A stretch of 61,987 nucleotides of DNA, filler included, from Stramenopiles sp. TOSAG23-2 (taxonomy: Eukaryota), in NCBI GenBank assembly GCA_900128395.1. It is 22 parts of 22 records of this genome, joined end to end, with 100 filler letters (N's around TTAATTAATTAA, not from the genome) between each part and the next. Parts side by side here need not be neighbours in the genome. Positions count along the whole stretch, not along the records: positions 56,484 to 59,186 come from LT651573.1; positions 59,287 to 61,987 come from LT651574.1; 20 more parts are not named here. One strand, written 5' to 3'. Position 1 is the first letter of the stretch. Each line of letters starts with the position of its first letter. Shown piece after piece: positions 56,923 through 61,987 of the stretch. Both the position numbers and the translations under genes were made by a program. The notes beneath the pieces are model-generated. The model was not told the DNA's origin. It was given only the letters and a program-made list of their open reading frames with translations, and did not search any database.

Positions 56923-57583
56923 AATTATTTAAAAATATCTCTCTCACACGTAAAATATATTTGGGAAGGTAAAATATTATTATAACTTTAGATTTTACGA
57001 AGTCGTATGATATAACCACATCATAAATTTTTAAACTGTGTTCAATATTTTTCATATCATAGTATATTCGTATATTCGTAAATATTCGTATTTTTTTAAT
57101 ATTGGTATATATATGACACAAATCGTATATATATATATATAAACGAATTTGAAATCCTGTCTCTCTCTCTTCCAATGCGTACATAATCACACGTGTGGTT
57201 TCGTGTGTACTTTTTTTTCTCAAGATATATTATTATTATATTGTTCCCAATTATTTAAAAATATCTCTCTCACACGTAAAATATATTTGGGAAGGTAAAA
57301 TATTATTATAACTTTTAGATTTAACGAAGTCGTATGATATAACCACATCATAAATTTTTAAACTGTGTTCAATATTTTTCATAGTATATTCGTATATTCG
57401 TAAATATTTTGCGTATTTTTTTAATATTGGTATATATGACACAAATCGTATATAATATATATAAACGAATGTTTTTAAATTAACATGAAATCCTGTGTCT
57501 CTCTCTTCCAATGCGTACATAATCACACGTGGTTTCGTGTGTACTTTTTTTTCTCAAGATATATTATTATTATATTGTTCCCA
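56923..57583. repeat. Imperfect ~330-nt tandem duplication covering the TLC gene 3' end and downstream region
   Basis: aattatttaaaaatatctctctcacacg...tatattgttccca occurs twice with small indels. Confidence 0.9.
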
Positions 57584-58471
57584 TTTCATTTTACCTCTCT
57601 CTTTTCGTTTGATAGAATGACACAATGCTTTTGTCCAAAAGTAATCCAATGCTAAGAAAATTACACATCCAAAAAATCCAAAGAACCAGATCCAAGGAAT
57701 AATTATCAATCCTTCTTCATCCACGATTTTATCGTATAAACTCATGCGAACATCATACCATAATATAGGAACAGAAAAAAACAATACATAAGGCATTCGT
57801 ATACATAAATTTACAAAAACAGCTAATCGACGCCAAAAAAATGGTGACTTTCCCCACTTAATCATTTGATATACAGGCGCAACTGTTTCCATAATACCAT
57901 TTATTACCATGTACGTTCGAAACAACGGACTCATTGTGTAAGCTATGTAAATATAGCAAGACATGAAACCATGATGAATCCATTCACTCCATAACCCGTC
58001 TAAATGCCATATAATATCCAAAAGAGTTATGATAAAATATAGAGAAAAAGCTAAATTTGTATATTCATATTCTGTATAATTGGATATCCTTTCAGGATCA
58101 TGTAAATTTAATCTGATTGTCAAACCGATGGTAAAAAGTGCATGCCACCCTAATATACATAAAAATGACTTTAAGCAGAATTGTGTTAATGCCATTGATT
58201 TATTAGTTGGTTCAATACGCAATGCAGAAAATATACCTTTTTTTCTCCTTTTTGTTGTAGCCGAAGAAGTAGAAAGTCGTTGTTGATTAATATTTTTATT
58301 AATTAATGTTTGTTTCTCCTCCATTTTCATGCTACTATTCATAGGCATCGTTGAAGATCCTGAATGCGTAGACGAAGATGACGACGATGAATATGTATTA
58401 GAAGGTTGCAACATCTTGCGAAGACTTATCTTATATTCGTTCTCCTTTGCATTACTCTTTTTCCATTGCAT
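57554..58471 (-). CDS. TLC (TRAM/LAG1/CLN8)-domain membrane protein
   Basis: Multiple TMs; WIHHG, IMETVAP, CIRMP, LDYFW motifs. Confidence 0.65.
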   Translation of the reverse strand: MQWKKSNAKENEYKISLRKMLQPSNTYSSSSSSSTHSGSSTMPMNSSMKMEEKQTLINKNINQQRLSTSSATTKRRKKGIFSALRIEPTNKSMALTQFCLKSFLCILGWHALFTIGLTIRLNLHDPERISNYTEYEYTNLAFSLYFIITLLDIIWHLDGLWSEWIHHGFMSCYIYIAYTMSPLFRTYMVINGIMETVAPVYQMIKWGKSPFFWRRLAVFVNLCIRMPYVLFFSVPILWYDVRMSLYDKIVDEEGLIIIPWIWFFGFFGCVIFLALDYFWTKALCHSIKRKERGKMKWEQYNNNIS

Positions 58472-59028
58472 CTCTCTCCTCTCCTTTCCATCTATTGTTG
58501 CAGTTCGTTATATACTGTTGGTAATAATAATAATATCTGATGTTAATGGTGTATAAACATGGTGGTATGAATCTTAATGCTGTGTGCATGCTAACATGTG
58601 AAAAAAGGAAAAAGAAACTCAACACGAAAACAAAAACATAAAAAGATGCAGTTGCTTTACAAGGCTACAACAATATTAATAGCTCACAGCATTATTGAAG
58701 TACGTAAAAGTACAGCCTTTTCTACTATTGTTTTTTCAGTATAGTGTACCCTTTTATATTTGCCTCCAAGCTCCTGCCCCAAGCCATTATACTAAAACAT
58801 CAAAACGAATCCTATGTAAAAACAAAATAACATAGAAATAGGAGGGAAGAAAGCGTTGAAAAATGCATCGACCAACTTCTTTGTTTTCTTCTTCGAAGAA
58901 AAAAAAAATGGGGGGCTTATATATACTAAAACTTCATATATTTAGATATACACACACACACACATAAGTTTATACTGGAAAGCCTATCGATTTACATATA
59001 CAAATATAGGTACATATATTGTGTAACA

Positions 59029-59186
59029 ATGAAGCGAGCGTTTTCGTTGATAATAGCTTTAATAGCTATAGCTGTAACCCATGTAAAAAGTACAAACGTA
59101 CCGGGTTCTGGTATACCAGATAATCAGCCATTGTTACAAGAAAGTAATAGTAATAGTGATAATAGTTTAAATAATGACGAAGCAGT
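59029..59186 (+). CDS. N-terminus of a secreted protein, cut by scaffold end
   Basis: Signal peptide MKRAFSLIIALIAIAVTHVKS. Confidence 0.5.
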
Positions 59187-60835
59187 NNNNNNNNNNNNNN
59201 NNNNNNNNNNNNNNNNNNNNNNNNNNNNNNTTAATTAATTAANNNNNNNNNNNNNNNNNNNNNNNNNNNNNNNNNNNNNNNNNNNNGTGTTAAAAAAAAA
59301 AAACAAGACAACAATTCTCTTCTTCTGAGTATTATAAAATAATAAATAATAAAGTAAAAGCTACAGTACAGGCAGTTGAGAATGATCTGAATGTTAACAG
59401 AAAGGTGGATCGAATGTAATTTGAAACGATATCTTTTCTCTCGTTTCTATACCTGTATATATAATGCACCTCCTCGTCTCTCGTTTTTTATTCATTTTTT
59501 TTTCTATTTTTTGCATTTTTTGATAATAAAATTACAATAAGGTTGTATTATATTAATTTATGATTGTAATACACTGTAGATTATAATATTATATCCTTAA
59601 AATTATATAATATATGAGGCAGGCTGGTATAATAAAACGGTGAGACTAAAATAAAAATTCTGGCTGCATTTACATTTTCCAAAGCAGAGAGATTCCTGTG
59701 TCCAAAAAAAAGTTAAAGTTGTCCAGGTTTTTTTGCCAGGTTTGCATATAGTTAATAATCGTCTATTATTTGAAATTATTTTATAGATATAATTGGTTGG
59801 TTTATTAATTATGAAACAACAATGAAACTAATTGAACTAGTATAAGAAGGAGTATAGCTCGTCGGTCTATAATATATATAAATACATTGACATTATGTAA
59901 TTAATCGAGTGCCTCGACGCTTTGCTGATATATACATTAATAACATCTACATCAGTTCGAAATCTCAGAGGCAAAATCTTTTGGTATTCTTCATAAATAT
60001 GACATGATTTCTGGATGTAGTTTTTTGGTCTATTTTTGGATCTATATTTCACCACCACACAAACAAAACACACAAGCCTTGCGTGGCGGCCATCTTGGAC
60101 CGGCTTGATTTTTTGAGGTGGAACAAGCATCACGAAGAGGTGAATGGTGTGCACCTGCTGTAAGCTAAATGTTTTAAAAAATAATAACCAATTATTTCAA
60201 TTTTGTTTCAGAGTTTTATATATAAAATATCCGGATTAAATCCCACCTCCTATTTATACTGTACCCTTATTAACAAACACTTCTTTTTACTTCCAGCTTT
60301 TCCTTCATTTTTCGACCCTCCCTTTGTTGTTCCTGCGTTCATCGAATGATCAAATAAAAAATAAAAAATAAAAAATATTTTTATCAAAGACCAAAAAAGA
60401 ATGACATATGTGGCACGGCTCCCCAGCTCAGATATATGTTTGAAAGAGACAAAACAGAGGAGATCGTATGCAATGGTCCATGTATATGATGTATATGTTC
60501 GTATCAAACATAAAATGCTATTTCCACAAATACACACCACACTAGATGGAGAGTACGAATTTCGTACACCACGCGGTGATATGGTGATATTATAATACGA
60601 GAAAAATGAAAAAGCAAAATGACATATGTGGATGAATATTTATCATATAAAGTATGATAATAAAATTTACTATCATTTAGAAAAAAATATCACAAACGGA
60701 TCGGTATGAAAATTTAAAAAAATCTCTCTTTTCTCCCTCCGTTCATTTCTTTTATTCTTTCTTCGTACAATGCTAAATCATTTAAATATTTTTTTTACTC
60801 TTATTTTTACTTGTTAATAGTGACACGATTTTTTT

Positions 60836-61987
60836 TTACCGTTTGACCCATTGATATCGTTTACGTGCTTTTGCTCTTCCTGGTTTTTTCCTTTCTACTT
60901 TTCTTGGATCACGTGTTAAATATCCTTGTTTTTTCATTGGTGGTCGTAATGCTGGGTCAATCTCTTGAATGGCACGTGCTATTGCCATTCGCAATGATTG
61001 TGCTTGCCCTGATATACCACCACCTTGACATGTTGCTTCCACATCAAATTTACCAATCGTTTCCGTAACTACAAAGGGAGATAATATGATGTTTCTATGG
61101 CTAGTACGTTTAAAATAATCAGCTAATGGCCTTTTATTGACTGTTATTTTACCATCCCCTTTGCTTAATGCAGCCGCAGCAGTTGAGGATTTCCTTGATC
61201 CACGTCCACGAGATATTCCTTGCATCAACCATGTGGACGATTGATATCGTGTTGGTGTCACTGGTTTTTGTGTAAGAGCTTCTAATGCCAATGTACGTTC
61301 CGTAGCAGCTAACAATGTATCATGGACTTCACCACGTACTAAGNNNNNNNNNNNNNNNNNNNNNNNNNNNNNNNNNNNNNNNNNNNNNNNNNNTCCACCA
61401 ACTAATTTTAACTCAGGATCATCCATAATATCATCCTCAATATTCATATCTTCATTTTCAAATTCATTATCATGATGGAAAAATAATTCAGGTGATTGCA
61501 GCATCTTCAATTCATTTTTCGTATCCAACGATGTGAAATCACGTACTAAACTTTTTAAACTAGTTTGTTTCTCCTCTTCCATTTCATCTGGCGTCATGAT
61601 ACTTGTTCCCCATACTGCTCTACGATCTTTAAATGCAATTTCATTACGTTTTTCCATTGCATATGTTTGTAACTTTTTCATCTGTTTTTCATTAACTTTA
61701 AATTGTCTCCAACATTTACTAATTAAAATCGCTTCGTTTTCATTTACCAATCGATGGTATTGCAATTCAAATTCTTTTTTCACATCATATGGTGAAATAC
61801 CAACACGTACAGCAACATTTAACATTTTACGTAATGTATCATAATTTTCAGATAAATCTTCATTTTGTTCACGTTTTACACCACGACGAAAATTTCTGTT
61901 ATTACTATTTTTTTCTGCTAATTCTTCTTCTTCCTCTTGTCGTTTCATTTCAGCTTCGAATTCATGTATGTCAAATGGTTTATCGAT
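60836..61987 (-). CDS. MRPS9: Mitochondrial ribosomal protein uS9m with a long N-terminal extension (N gap 61344-61393; 5' partial)
   Basis: GRGSRKSS.A, G.ITVN, GGGISGQAQSLRMAIARA, GYLTRDPRKVERKKPGRAKARKRYQWVKR; joining across the gap is assumed. Confidence 0.88.
   Translation of the reverse strand: MDKPFDIHEFEAEMKRQEEEEELAEKNSNNRNFRRGVKREQNEDLSENYDTLRKMLNVAVRVGISPYDVKKEFELQYHRLVNENEAILISKCWRQFKVNEKQMKKLQTYAMEKRNEIAFKDRRAVWGTSIMTPDEMEEEKQTSLKSLVRDFTSLDTKNELKMLQSPELFFHHDNEFENEDMNIEDDIMDDPELKLVGGXXXXXXXXXXXXXXXXXLVRGEVHDTLLAATERTLALEALTQKPVTPTRYQSSTWLMQGISRGRGSRKSSTAAAALSKGDGKITVNKRPLADYFKRTSHRNIILSPFVVTETIGKFDVEATCQGGGISGQAQSLRMAIARAIQEIDPALRPPMKKQGYLTRDPRKVERKKPGRAKARKRYQWVKR

Noticed and set aside
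60401-60631. 64-aa ORF bracketed by a repeated aatgacatatgtgg
   Set aside because: No recognisable product and the repeat is too short to support a mobile element

Overview
This window is not contiguous DNA. It is 22 short scaffolds (2739 bp falling to 2701 bp, i.e. sorted by length) joined by 100-nt spacers (44 N + TTAATTAATTAA + 44 N), so gene adjacency across spacers means nothing. Most scaffolds are very AT-rich, intron-poor eukaryotic nuclear DNA with poly-Asn tracts and ciliary genes. The source is probably a flagellated stramenopile-like protist single-cell or metagenome assembly (inference only). Recognisable genes: Sec14/CRAL-TRIO, homocysteine methyltransferase, a cyclic-nucleotide-binding channel, BART, a histidine phosphatase, nitronate monooxygenase, RFT1, cathepsin B, an Anp1-like glycosyltransferase, TLC, and mitochondrial S9. 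Highlights: (1) tandem F-box-like + ankyrin genes whose differences are concentrated in the ankyrin binding-surface codons, like a natural DARPin library; (2) a GC-rich CmcJ/NvfI-family gene fused in-frame into AT-rich sequence, sharing a 52-nt coding module in inverted orientation with its divergent neighbour; (3) a gene-dense, giant-virus-like scaffold (gmd, 2H phosphoesterase, HNH endonuclease, A22-like resolvase); (4) unusual architectures (nucleotidyltransferase-TM-Ig-Ig; inactive LRAT-like-GTPase-CaaX; multi-TM-LRR-LNR); (5) several genes with their middles deleted plus a whole-scaffold palindrome, which may be amplification chimeras. No rRNA, tRNA or CRISPR array was recognised. All family calls are by eye from motifs, with no database search.
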